From positions 1,280,001-1,344,000 of the forward strand of contig CAWDSK010000003.1 in assembly GCA_963804995.1 (NCBI GenBank): a DNA stretch of 64,000 bases, written 5' to 3'. Of this stretch, positions 1-9,666 are shown piece by piece. The position numbers were made by a program, and so were the translations under genes. The stretch comes from an uncultured Acidobacteriota bacterium. Lineage in GTDB: Bacteria > Acidobacteriota > Terriglobia > UBA7540. The notes beneath the pieces are model-generated. The model did not search any database, was not told the origin of the DNA, and saw only the letters and a list, made by a program, of their open reading frames with translations. Numbering within the stretch: the stretch's first letter is position 1; every line of letters begins with the position of its first letter.

Positions 1-746
1 CCGCTTTTGGTGACCACGGTCAGGTCCGTGGGCTGCGCGTATTCCGCGTCGTTGCCCGCGGTGTTGACGCGGAATTCCGCGATCCCCTCGACGGACGGAA
101 ACAGGTCTTTAGTCGGGCCACCATAACGGACCAACTGTATCGAAGTGCCATCCAGAGTGAACGACGTCGCCGTCGGCAACTGGCCGGAGAAGGTCAGGTT
201 ACCGCCCGGGTCTTCGTTGACCCCGGCGGTCAGCGCCGCAGTGAAGATGGGGCTGGGATTATTGGTGGCACGGAAGTTGAGGGCTAACGAGTCAATCTCC
301 TTCCCCGACATCGAGCTGGACTGGGTAAGGTCTTCACTGACCACTTCTTGGTGGGAGGTGACCACGACTTGCTGGCTCGCGCCCTGAATTTGCAGCTTGA
401 AATCTGAGCGTACGGATTCGCGGGCGGGCAGAATGACTCCTTCGTTCCTCACGGTCGTAAATTTCGGGGCGGAAGCAGTGATCGTGTAGGTGCCCGGATC
501 CATGTTCACAAAAAGGTAATCGCCGCCGTTATCGGTGCGGGCCGTCTGCTCAACGCCGGTCGCCTGGTTTTGCGCGGCAACCTGCGCATTAGGCATCACC
601 GCTCCGCTGGAATCGGTGACAGTGCCGAGGATGGTGCCGTAAGTAGACTGGCCGAACGCCGGCAAGTTGCCGAGAAACAGCACGGCCACGAGCCCCCAGG
701 CAGCCGCTTGCCAGAAATGTTTCACGGTTGAGAAATGTGTCTTCAT
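1..746 (-). CDS. TonB-dependent receptor (Oar-like, carboxypeptidase regulatory-like N-domain), 5' part; runs off the window
   Basis: Manual translation from ATG at 746 (SD GGAGG): signal peptide then QSTYGTILGTVTDSSGAVMPNAQV...GDYLFVNMDPGTYTITASAPKF...PSVEGIAEFRVNTAGNDAEY..TVVTKSG; not in the ORF track because it is truncated. Confidence 0.9.
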   Translation of the reverse strand, partial: MKTHFSTVKHFWQAAAWGLVAVLFLGNLPAFGQSTYGTILGTVTDSSGAVMPNAQVAAQNQATGVEQTARTDNGGDYLFVNMDPGTYTITASAPKFTTVRNEGVILPARESVRSDFKLQIQGASQQVVVTSHQEVVSEDLTQSSSMSGKEIDSLALNFRATNNPSPIFTAALTAGVNEDPGGNLTFSGQLPTATSFTLDGTSIQLVRYGGPTKDLFPSVEGIAEFRVNTAGNDAEYAQPTDLTVVTKS

Positions 747-1339
747 TTTCCCTCCATATGATTGTCGTTAGACTTCCGTTGCACAGGAACATGCCGGTCG
801 CGGGATACGGTACGGTTTCCCGGCCGGATATTGACTTCCTCAAGATTTGCCCCCGAGGGGGTCCACGGCTTCTTTGGCAAATCGTGCCGTTTGTTTTCTT
901 GTCACGGCGGTCGCAACCTGCCGATTCCGGCGCTACATTCCCGCGTCAGGGCAGCCTCCTACGTCCGCCACAGCAAACCACACCACCACCCTGGGCTTGA
1001 AAGGGCTGGCATTAGCCCCGCCCTCACCGTTAGCCCTTGATTGTGTCCAAGCGCTGTGAAGAATCCTGACTCTGCTTATCGGTCAGGGTAAGTATGGTTA
1101 CGGCAGGTTATTCCAAGATGAAGCCACCATGATTTAGATGTAACAATATCGCCTGGCGCACGGAGGCCCTTTCCAGATGGCCTGCTTCACTCCCCCTCGG
1201 GGGCCACCTCCCTGCGCCGGGGGCAGCGCTGATTTCCGCACCGGCTTGAAGCTTCATCTGCGGCTCACATTCCCGTAACAACCGCGACTTAGCATCTGTC
1301 TCCGCAGGCAAACAATACAAAACTTAAAAGGGGGCGACC

Positions 1340-1564
1340 ATGTCAAAGGAAGCGGCCAAACACGATCACAACGCAGCAGCACACCACGAGCACGCGGCGA
1401 AGCACCATCGCGAAGCCGCCCGGCATCATGAGGCGGGTGACCACGAGGCAGCCGCCCACCACGCCCACACGGCGCAAGGACACGCGCACCACGCAACCCA
1501 TCATGCCGCCGAAGCCGCAAAACTGCACGTCGAGCATCATGGGCACAAGGCAGGGGGCAAATGA
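1340..1564 (+). CDS. Small His/Ala-rich protein, putative metal-binding
   Basis: 74 aa with repeated AAxHH/HHxxA motifs; SD-like AGGGGG upstream. Confidence 0.85.
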   Translation: MSKEAAKHDHNAAAHHEHAAKHHREAARHHEAGDHEAAAHHAHTAQGHAHHATHHAAEAAKLHVEHHGHKAGGK

Positions 1565-1676
1565 ACTGCATTGGAATTGGATAGTAGTTGCAAGGAGAGC
1601 GGGTTCCTCCCTTAGCGAGGAACCCGTTTCTCATCTGGGGCTCACTCGATCCGGGAGAACGCCTCCGAGAGGTCCC

Positions 1677-3020
1677 ATGGACCCTTCCACCGCTGAAGTC
1701 ATGCCCAACCTGCATGCCGACTCCGCCCCTTCCAGTCGAGCTGCCAGATACTGGCGCTGGCGTATTTTCATCATCACCTGGATCACCTATGCAGGGTTTT
1801 ACCTCTGCCGCAAGAACATCAGCGTGGTGATGCCGCTGCTCCAGCAAGATCGTGGGTACACCAACGCCCAGTTAGCAAAATTTGTCTTCGGTTACAGTCT
1901 GTTTTACACCGTCGGCCAGTTTGTTTGCGGGCTTCTTTCCGACCGTTTCGGGACACGCGTGGTAGTCGGCACTGGGCTCTTCGTGGTGGTTGGCTCGAAC
2001 CTGCTTCTGGGCTTTGGGTCTTCGCTCGGCTGGCTGATCCTTCTGGCTTGCCTGGCTGGCGCGGGACAATCCACCGGTTGGTCGGGACTGGTAAAGACCA
2101 TGGCCTGCTGGTTTCGCCCTACGGAACGGGGTGTGGTCATGGCGTGGTGGTGCACCAATTACGTGCTGGGCGGATTCCTCGCCACGGTATTTGCCACGTA
2201 CGTCGCCACCAGCGTTTGGTTGGTTCCGCGCTGGGGTTGGCGGCGCGGATTCTGGCTGCCCGCCTTACTGCTGTTGGTCATCGCCCTGGTCTATGTGTTC
2301 TTCGTGCGGAACAACCCCTCCGACGTCGGCCTCCCGGAGGTGGAAGACAACCCGGTTAAACCGGTCTCTGGCGTGGCCGCCCCCGCAACGTCCAGCACTG
2401 CCGGCGCGCCTCGATCGGCCGTGCGTCAGGTGCTCGCGGAGCCTACCTTGTGGCTCATTGGGTCCATGTATTTCTTCCTCATCCTCACCCGCTACGCGTT
2501 CCTCTTCTGGCTGCCGCTTTACATGACCCAGCATTTGAAGTATTCCGCGCAAGATGCGGGTTACACCTCATCGCTTTACGAACTGGTGGGTTTTCTCGGG
2601 GCTCTCATCGCCGGCTACGCTTCTGAGAAGCTTTTCGATTCCCGCCGCTTTCCGGTAGGAGCGCTGATGCTCTGGGGACTCGCCCTGACCAGTCTGATCC
2701 TGCCGAAACTCAGCGCCATGGGGCACCTCTGGAACGCGGTCGGCATTTCGTTGGTCGGCATCATGACCTACGGTCCTGACACGCTGATGTCGGGCGCGGC
2801 CGCTCAGGACGTCGGCTCCAAAGAAGGCGCCGCCACCGCTTCGGGTTTCATCGACGGCATCGGACACCTGGGCATGATCCTGTCCCCCTTCGTCGTGGCT
2901 TTCGTAACGGCACGCTATAGTTGGGATGTTCTCTTCTACCTCTTCGTGGTGCTTTCCTTGATCGCGGGTGGGATGCTGGCAACGCGCTGGAATTACAAGC
3001 GGGTAGCGCAGCAGAATTAG
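1677..3020 (+). CDS. MFS transporter, GlpT/UhpC (organophosphate:Pi antiporter)-like
   Basis: YAGFYLCRKN, GLLSDRFG, WFRPTERG, FLFWLPLY motifs; many TM segments; ATG 1677 with GAGAGG preferred over the ORF-track start that overlaps the His-rich gene. Confidence 0.9.
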   Translation: MDPSTAEVMPNLHADSAPSSRAARYWRWRIFIITWITYAGFYLCRKNISVVMPLLQQDRGYTNAQLAKFVFGYSLFYTVGQFVCGLLSDRFGTRVVVGTGLFVVVGSNLLLGFGSSLGWLILLACLAGAGQSTGWSGLVKTMACWFRPTERGVVMAWWCTNYVLGGFLATVFATYVATSVWLVPRWGWRRGFWLPALLLLVIALVYVFFVRNNPSDVGLPEVEDNPVKPVSGVAAPATSSTAGAPRSAVRQVLAEPTLWLIGSMYFFLILTRYAFLFWLPLYMTQHLKYSAQDAGYTSSLYELVGFLGALIAGYASEKLFDSRRFPVGALMLWGLALTSLILPKLSAMGHLWNAVGISLVGIMTYGPDTLMSGAAAQDVGSKEGAATASGFIDGIGHLGMILSPFVVAFVTARYSWDVLFYLFVVLSLIAGGMLATRWNYKRVAQQN

Positions 3021-3069
3021 GCGCGCAGGGACCTACCCTGCGGCCCGTCGATGCGTGGGAGCGGCCGCC

Positions 3070-3337
3070 TCTGTTCCCTGTTCCCTATTCCCTGTTACCT
3101 GCACTTCCGTTCCCTGTTCCCTGTCACCTGTTCCCTGTTGCCTGTTCCCTAGTCCTTCCGCTCCTCGCTGGTGACTGTCCTGCTGTTCCCTGTAACCTGT
3201 TCCCTGTTCCCTGTACTTCCGTTCCCTATTCCCTATTCCCTAGTCCCTGTTCCCTAGTCCTTCAGCTCCTCGCTGGTGACTGTCCTGCTGTTCCCTGTAA
3301 CCTGTTCCCTGTTACCTGCACTTCCGTTCCCTAGTCC
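3070..3337 (+). repeat. Degenerate heptamer array (CTGTTCC/CTATTCC/CTGTAAC) with a ~65 bp higher-order duplication
   Basis: Directly visible; CTGTTCCCTAGTCCTTC.GCTCCTCGCTGGTGACTGTCCTGCTGTTCCCTGTAACCTGTTCCCTGTT at ~3142 and ~3247. Confidence 0.9.
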
Positions 3338-3685
3338 TTCCGCTCGTCGCTACCACGCTTCACCGCCTTCCGTCGTCAAGAACATCAGCAGAAATCGGCG
3401 CCTCGGTGATGGTCTGCGGATGACCGCAAGAAGAATCTTAGCGCGCCAGCTTGCATGATGACCCCGGCCCGTCCGTAAACAATATGCTGTGGGTAAGGGA
3501 CTATGGCGCTGCTGCTGCCTCCATGCTCGCGCCGTGGCGAGGCACTTCCGCGGCAAGGCGACTTGCGGCCATGTGGTTACAGGCTGCGGAAGGTAGTTCC
3601 CCTTCTTCGCGCTACCCCCCAACGTTGAGTGGTCAATCTGACTGTTTTTTGTCTATAGCGACCGACTGGGAGGGGTCAAATCTTT

Positions 3686-4585
3686 TTACGACCAACCGTT
3701 CCACAGCTTGATTACGGCATCTATAAACGCTGATCCGTTTGCCTTGGGCCAACAGACAGGCGAGCCATCAAGCAGCAAATAGTACTGCTCATTCGCGCAA
3801 CGAAACTTGCTCCGGTCCTTTGTGTCGTCGAGCCACTTCAAGATGTTGTACACCCTCTCTGATTCATCGGACACAAAGTTCGGGTTGGGGACGTTATAGA
3901 GAAGTCCTTCGATGTAGTAGGACGGTGCGGTGCCATCTGCGATAACGCGATCCTCAACCAATTTCGACCGCATATTCTTGAACATTCGAACTGTCGGCTT
4001 GAAGCGGTTATTGATTGCCTGATGCTTCGTCGTGAGGTTCTCGCTGTGCTGATCCGGATAGTTGGCGATGAGGTTTCCGGTCGAATTTAAAAAACCTATT
4101 CCCAGGGTATAGCTTTCGTCCCACATGGAAATAAATTTGTTATAGCGGCGGTATTCATACGCGACCACTACGTCAGCACTTCGGCGAGAGTTATTCGCGT
4201 CGATCTTTATTGCCTTCGTGCCGGGCCTGACGGAATTACCAAAGGCAGTCTTGAGCGCTGATTGGACATGACTCTTGAAATTGTCATAGGGATAGTCGGC
4301 AGGGCCCGAATAATGATTATTGTAAGCGGCCAACTGATCGGGAGGCAGAGAGCTAAGGTCCCGAAAAAACGCGCCGTCATATCGAATGACAACATCCACA
4401 TCACTTTCCGCATAGATATTCGTGTCGTTGCCGTACGAGCCCTGCAGAAAGACTTTGAAGTTGCGGTCCTTATAGGAGGCAGTCGCTGCTTCCAGAGCGT
4501 TCTTCACGGTCGCATAGGTTTGCTTCGATTGAGTGACTGAGCCCTGGTGCGACCATCTTTCGAGTTGGTTCGCGGGAATGGCCAT
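3686..4585 (-). CDS. CBASS cyclic dinucleotide synthase (CD-NTase), CdnE-like
   Basis: FLQGSYGNDTNIYAESDVDVV (GS + DxD), third Asp in SADVV, NYPxxH, SYYIEGLLYNVP; 1 bp from the patatin stop. Confidence 0.9.
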   Translation of the reverse strand: MAIPANQLERWSHQGSVTQSKQTYATVKNALEAATASYKDRNFKVFLQGSYGNDTNIYAESDVDVVIRYDGAFFRDLSSLPPDQLAAYNNHYSGPADYPYDNFKSHVQSALKTAFGNSVRPGTKAIKIDANNSRRSADVVVAYEYRRYNKFISMWDESYTLGIGFLNSTGNLIANYPDQHSENLTTKHQAINNRFKPTVRMFKNMRSKLVEDRVIADGTAPSYYIEGLLYNVPNPNFVSDESERVYNILKWLDDTKDRSKFRCANEQYYLLLDGSPVCWPKANGSAFIDAVIKLWNGWS

Positions 4586-4586
4586 C

Positions 4587-5594
4587 TTACGCGTGGACTC
4601 CTCCTTGCGCGGGAAGATCTAGCAATTCTCTAAGCCGGGCTTCGTGCTTTGCGAATGAGTCTCCGCCGCGTTGGTAAAGCGTATTCAATTTCGAGAGATC
4701 GGATTCCATAAGGTCCGTCGCCATCTCAGGCTGCTGATACGTGTCATTAATTCGGACAGCTCGAATATCCCCAAACAGAATGCAACGCAATTGCTCCATC
4801 GATTCGGTGTTCACGTTGAGGGTTTTTTGGAGCAACTCAACGCCCGTGAAGCCAATCAAACATTTTGCAACGAGCGTGAAAAAATATTTTGGCGTGTACC
4901 AACGTTTCGGTTCCGGGTAAACCCCGACACCGACGCTGACAACTCGGAGATCGGCGGGGTCTTTTTGGAGGGCTCGAACCGCATCGGCGATTGCATACAA
5001 AGTCGGATTGTTGGCACAATACCCGCCGTCGATGAGTTCAACGTCGTTCCCTGCAATTGTCCTTATTGTGCATTTCTGAAAATAGGGATATGCCGAGCAA
5101 GAAGCACGCACTGCATCAGCTATGGTACAGCCGAAACCGGGCACGAATGTGTCTTTGCGACCATGGGCTTGTTGTTTGTCACCCTTAAAGATCATCGGCC
5201 GTTCCTCTTGCCAACGTGTTGCCACGATTCCGACGCTAGTCTTAACCTGATTGAAATTATTTTCCCCGAAGACCTGGCTGGCGAGCACGGCTAATGCTTT
5301 AGATTTTCTGCGTCGGGTCCAGCGCTTCATGACGGTAGGAACGTGCTCGCGGTAAAGCTTGTGAACCTCAGCGACCGTATATCCAAGTGCCAAAAGCGCG
5401 GCTATGATCGCGCCGGTGCTGGTTCCGAAAATAAGGTCGAAATGTTCGCACAGGCGTTGAGGCGCAACCATCGCCTCGATCTCGTTCAGAACTCCGAGCG
5501 TATAAAATCCCTTGGCGCCGCCACCGTCGAGCGAGAGCACGCGGCAAGGAGTACCAGTTATGGGCGACTCCGCTGTTTTGTGCATGCCTTCCAT
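4587..5594 (-). CDS. Patatin-like phospholipase, CBASS effector (CapE/CapV-like)
   Basis: LSLDGGGAKG, GTSTG nucleophile, DGG..ANNP; ATG 5594 with SD AGGGGGAG; coupled to CD-NTase. Confidence 0.92.
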   Translation of the reverse strand: MEGMHKTAESPITGTPCRVLSLDGGGAKGFYTLGVLNEIEAMVAPQRLCEHFDLIFGTSTGAIIAALLALGYTVAEVHKLYREHVPTVMKRWTRRRKSKALAVLASQVFGENNFNQVKTSVGIVATRWQEERPMIFKGDKQQAHGRKDTFVPGFGCTIADAVRASCSAYPYFQKCTIRTIAGNDVELIDGGYCANNPTLYAIADAVRALQKDPADLRVVSVGVGVYPEPKRWYTPKYFFTLVAKCLIGFTGVELLQKTLNVNTESMEQLRCILFGDIRAVRINDTYQQPEMATDLMESDLSKLNTLYQRGGDSFAKHEARLRELLDLPAQGGVHA

Positions 5595-5665
5595 TGACTC
5601 TCCCCCTGCTACTAGACCGACAGCGGCATTCAATTGCAATGGGACACAGTAAGTTTAGCACCGCA

Positions 5666-7415
5666 TTACTCGGTGACAAAATATGTGTCGTCAAGTCGTG
5701 GATCTGGCTCAAACCTTTCTGTCATAATGACAATTCTACCCACTTCCCGATGGAGGGCTTCGATCCTGTCGAGCGCCTGATTGACTCGGTCGCATTGCTC
5801 GAACGTTAAGGTAAAAACGATGCGCATCTAGCCACATTCTAGATTTGTGATAAGTGTCAAGAGTAGCAGACGCGAGTTCGCCGATTTCCCGTTCAATTTC
5901 ACCGCGTTTAATTTGAGGCCTCAACATCGGAATAACATCAACTGTCCGATCGTCAGATACAACAATTGCAAGTCTGCGCCGTTTGCTGGAAAGTACATAA
6001 CGCAGAGCTGAATTGTACCGTGACCCCCGGGACGGAGTGCACTCAGGCGCCGCTTCTCCGTCAAGTATCACGCCCACCGCATGACAGAAACCATGCTGAT
6101 CAATAATGATGGTTCCGTCGATCCAACTCACACGTTCCAGCAGCATCGGCGTCATCAGCACTGGACTAATCCCCATTCCCTGCCGAGCGAGGCGTTCCGA
6201 TTCATCCTGCGCGTCCTCCGCGACGACAATCATACTCCCGTGATGCTGATGTGCGACAGTTTTGAAAAGTGTCCAAGAATGGACACAGTCGTTGGTGGAT
6301 GCGTCTGGGAAGAGACGCTTGTAGTTGGCAGTAAATTGATCTTGGCTGATTGATTCCTGTGGCAGGCGGGGTTCGCGGTAACGGCTATACATGAGTACCT
6401 GGGTCCCGCATTGGAGTTCCCAGTGGTAATGGTCCAAGAAATTAATCGTGAAGGCATCTAGAGCTCCCTCATCGTGACCGTCCTTAAGCTTTCCTAAACC
6501 AAAAATCTCTTCCGAGTTTGCAATAAGCGCGACGTTTGAAGTCGCCATCTGGAGAACCTTTCGAGCCCATCTTGGCTGTCGAAAGGGAACCGGTACTTTG
6601 AAACGCACAAAATATTCGACCGATTCACTCTCCGGGTCGACAAGTACTAGGTGACCGGTTCCCCGTATGCCTTCGTAAAGCAGAGAGGAAATGATATTAA
6701 ATCTTTCGAATAGGTTATCATATGAGTACTTGTCGCCTATGAGGAGGGCTGGAATTCGCATGAAACCGTCGGCGGCATTATGGACGATTTCAGCAGGGCT
6801 CCGCATATCCGGGATTATGAATCTGCCAGGCTCGGGAGTCAGGAGTTCTTTACTAGCTTCCTCTAAAACGATCGAAATCGATGAATGAATTAGGCTCCTA
6901 TCGCCCTGTGGAAAATGCGGATCATTGGTAGCGGGAATTTTGAGGGGCGGGAATTGCGAGAAGATCGACTCAGGAACTTGGATCACCGGCACCACGTAGT
7001 AATCACCAACGGGGCGAGCTGAACCGCAGAACGACTGCACGCCATTCTTAACATCGTAGGGCTTCAATGCGTCGTGTACGGCGGTCGTAACGGAATCACG
7101 CCGAATGTTTTCAGGTTTGTCGCGCATAGACGGTTCATCACCGTAGAACATATTCTGCAATCGATGATTCTTGACGGTGTTTTCGATTGAGTCCAACAGA
7201 TTGTTAAATAAAGACAGCTGCCATTTTTCATCTTCTGGCTCAACGCAGATAGGATTGTTATTGATGCTTTGCGGCTTTCTGGCTCCGACCACAAGAACGT
7301 CCGGTTTAAGGCGGATTCCCAATTCATCGAATACATGCTCCGCAAGGAATTGAACGGACAACCTGAAGTGCGGTTGATATCCCCACATGAATAGCATAAT
7401 TCTGTGCTCTCTCAT
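5666..7415 (-). CDS. DisA_N/diadenylate cyclase-like protein with long N-terminal (putative sensor) region; +1 frameshift near 5800
   Basis: HGSMIVV, IDGTIIID, GVILDG, RGSRYNSALRY, VSDD correspond to DAC motifs (DGA, G-x-RHR, SEE). Track ORF stops at 5736 but the +1 frame continues EQCDRVNQALDRIE...DDTYFVTE* to 5666. Confidence 0.8.
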
Positions 7416-8323
7416 ATGTTTTAACTCTAAGTGATGGCGCCCGGTCGTTGCCTCGGACGCATGGTCACTATGCTACATCTGTTTTACACGTTTCCGTGCG
7501 GTGATTTATTCCACTGTGAGTGACGGTGCTCTCTGAAACAATCCACTTGGTCGTATTATGGCCTTGTCGGAAACTGGCCGCTGCCGTGTATACGTGACTC
7601 CTCAATAAGGAATTGGACCTGCCTCGTCTCCTTGAGTGTACGAACGCCGGGTTGCGGTTCAAATTACACTGACACACGAAATCTGTAGAGTCTGCTCTAG
7701 AGTTTTTGCCGCATCCCTGAGACTCTCAAGACCTGGCTCCCCTCAAACTGATGATTTCGGCGCCATTTTATCCCGGCGCTGACACGCCATCTGCTCACGG
7801 ACACCCGCTCCTCTGGGCGACGGGGGATTTCATTTCGCCAGAATTCGGTGCTTGACTTTGTTTACTTGTGAGGTATAATCTTAATCGTACCGTGCGGTCC
7901 GGCTCGGCAGGAAGACTCGGAGCGCGCGAGGCAGAGCCGGGCAATTGGGCAGGAAGGGAGTTATGTAGCCGCGGCGACACGAGGATTTCGCAGCGCCTTT
8001 ATGTCCGACCATGACGTTTTTCTCCCAAAGCCGAGAACATACTGAAAACAAAGGGCGGGGAGAGACAAATTTCGTTTCCCAAAGCCGAGAACATCCAGAA
8101 AACAAACCCACTTACCAGGCCTACCAAAAACGGGATATCGACCTGACAAAATGTCCTACAGAAAAAGACCTCCTTCCTCGCCCCAGGCCCACCGTTAAGC
8201 CGCTTTCAACTATCTAACTGGGCTACATTGGTTCGCCCCGCCGCAGCGGGTTCTCCCATATCGGTTATCGGTAGGATCGACACCAAGAATGAAGCATATT
8301 GAGTGGCCCGTAACAAGCGGTTT

Positions 8324-8390
8324 AACCCCTCACCCGCCCCGGCTGGTGAAAACGCCGGCTGCGGTCCACCCTCTCCCCTCGGAGAGGGCT
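8324..8390 (+). repeat. REP-like palindromic repeat, family B (CCCCTCACCC...CCCTCTCCCCTCGGAGAGGGC)
   Basis: Near-identical to 45745-45816 (inverted) and 56323-56394. Confidence 0.85.
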
Positions 8391-8534
8391 ATGCGTTTTC
8401 GGCTTGGTCCGATGAGGCCTTGACCCGATGGCCCATGCCCCCCACCGACCTCCCCCCGCCGTGACACACTTTCCCATATCGGTTATCGGTAGGTTGACAT
8501 CCAAACCTGAACCAAAATTCGGCTGGAAGTTTGA

Positions 8535-8605
8535 CAATCACCAATTCACCCAATCGCGAAATCACTCAATGACCCGATGATCCGATGACTCAATGGCCCG
8601 ATCTG
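8535..8605 (+). repeat. Degenerate octamer array (CAATGACC-like)
   Basis: caatcacc aattcacc caatcgcg aaatcact caatgacc cgatgatc cgatgact caatggcc. Confidence 0.75.
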
Positions 8606-8615
8606 GATCGATCGC

Positions 8616-9666
8616 TTGTTGGCGGCTGCCTTGGGCCTGCGGGGAGATTTCGTTCCAGACTTCCGCCTGATCGATTATCCGGTGGCGCTGATGAGCACTG
8701 ACCGGAGTCCGGCCCTGGACGGGACGCTCGGCAACACGGACCGTCTCAAGAGCGACCTGGCCGACCTGGGCGTCTTCGATGCGCGCATGTCAATGTACTT
8801 GCCTTTCCGCTTGCGCACCGCTGCGGTCATGGGATTTTCCGGCTATGAGGGGCGTCATTACAGTGTCTTCGAGCGTTTTGAAGCTGATATGGGACCGGCC
8901 GTGGACCTACAAAATCTCGTTGTGGCCCTGGCCCACAAATACGTGGCGTTAGGCCTGCTCTCCCACCAGCACATTCCCGATGACCCCTGCCTGGAAAGCG
9001 AGCGTCGCCAGATATTCTTCGGAGCAGCGATCGGCCTTCCCACTTTCTACGTGCGGCGCGAATCACCCAACGCCTTCCTGCGCCACATCGTGGAACGGAC
9101 CCACGGCGTGCGGGCCAGTCACCGTTATCCGGGTTACTTGCGAGTCCGCAACTTGGAATGTCAAAAGAGTCTCCTCACCATTCTGAAGGAAGACGCGGCC
9201 GACTTGATCGAGGCCTTGCAACTTCAAGAGATGATCCGCGACCTCGAGAACCGGCTGGATCACCCGGCGGAATGTTCATCGGCGGGCCGACTTACCCGCG
9301 GCATCCTACAGGTGGCCAGCGAGCGTTTTCCACTCAACACAGAGGCGCGGACCTTCAATCAGGCTGCGGAGACTTACTACCGCGGGCCTTTGCGCGAGCA
9401 GCACCTCCGTGAAGCCTTTGAAATTCTGGCCCGGGAATGCTGCGGGATTGAAGTTGAGGACCCTGAAGCGCTTGGCGCCATCCTGGGATCGAATAATCTT
9501 CGAGACTTTCCTTGAGAGGGCTTGTACGCAGGTGTGCCAGGAAACGATCACCCTGGAAGACCTGCGCCGCCTGACGAGCCTCACCCTTCTGAGTATTCAA
9601 CACGAGCAGAGGCTGGCGGAGAAGTACTGGCCTTCCGCCCACGTCCACCCTCTCCTCCGGGCATGA
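8616..9666 (+). pseudogene. 5'-truncated, frameshifted hypothetical protein preceding psd
   Basis: Protein-like ORF starting abruptly after the octamer array with no SD; +1 shift near 9500 joins it to ORF 9409-9666 whose TGA overlaps the psd ATG (ATGA). Confidence 0.65.

Noticed and set aside
750..1335. Riboswitch upstream of the TonB-dependent receptor
   Set aside because: Hairpins exist (~1000-1040) but no cobalamin, TPP or other aptamer consensus recognised.
1428..1676. Long N-terminal extension of the MFS ORF overlapping the His-rich gene
   Set aside because: Extension is not MFS-like; ATG 1677 has an SD; overlap is likely an ORF-calling artefact.
8016..8106. Possible CRISPR mini-array
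   Set aside because: Only two imperfect repeats, short spacer, no cas genes or leader.
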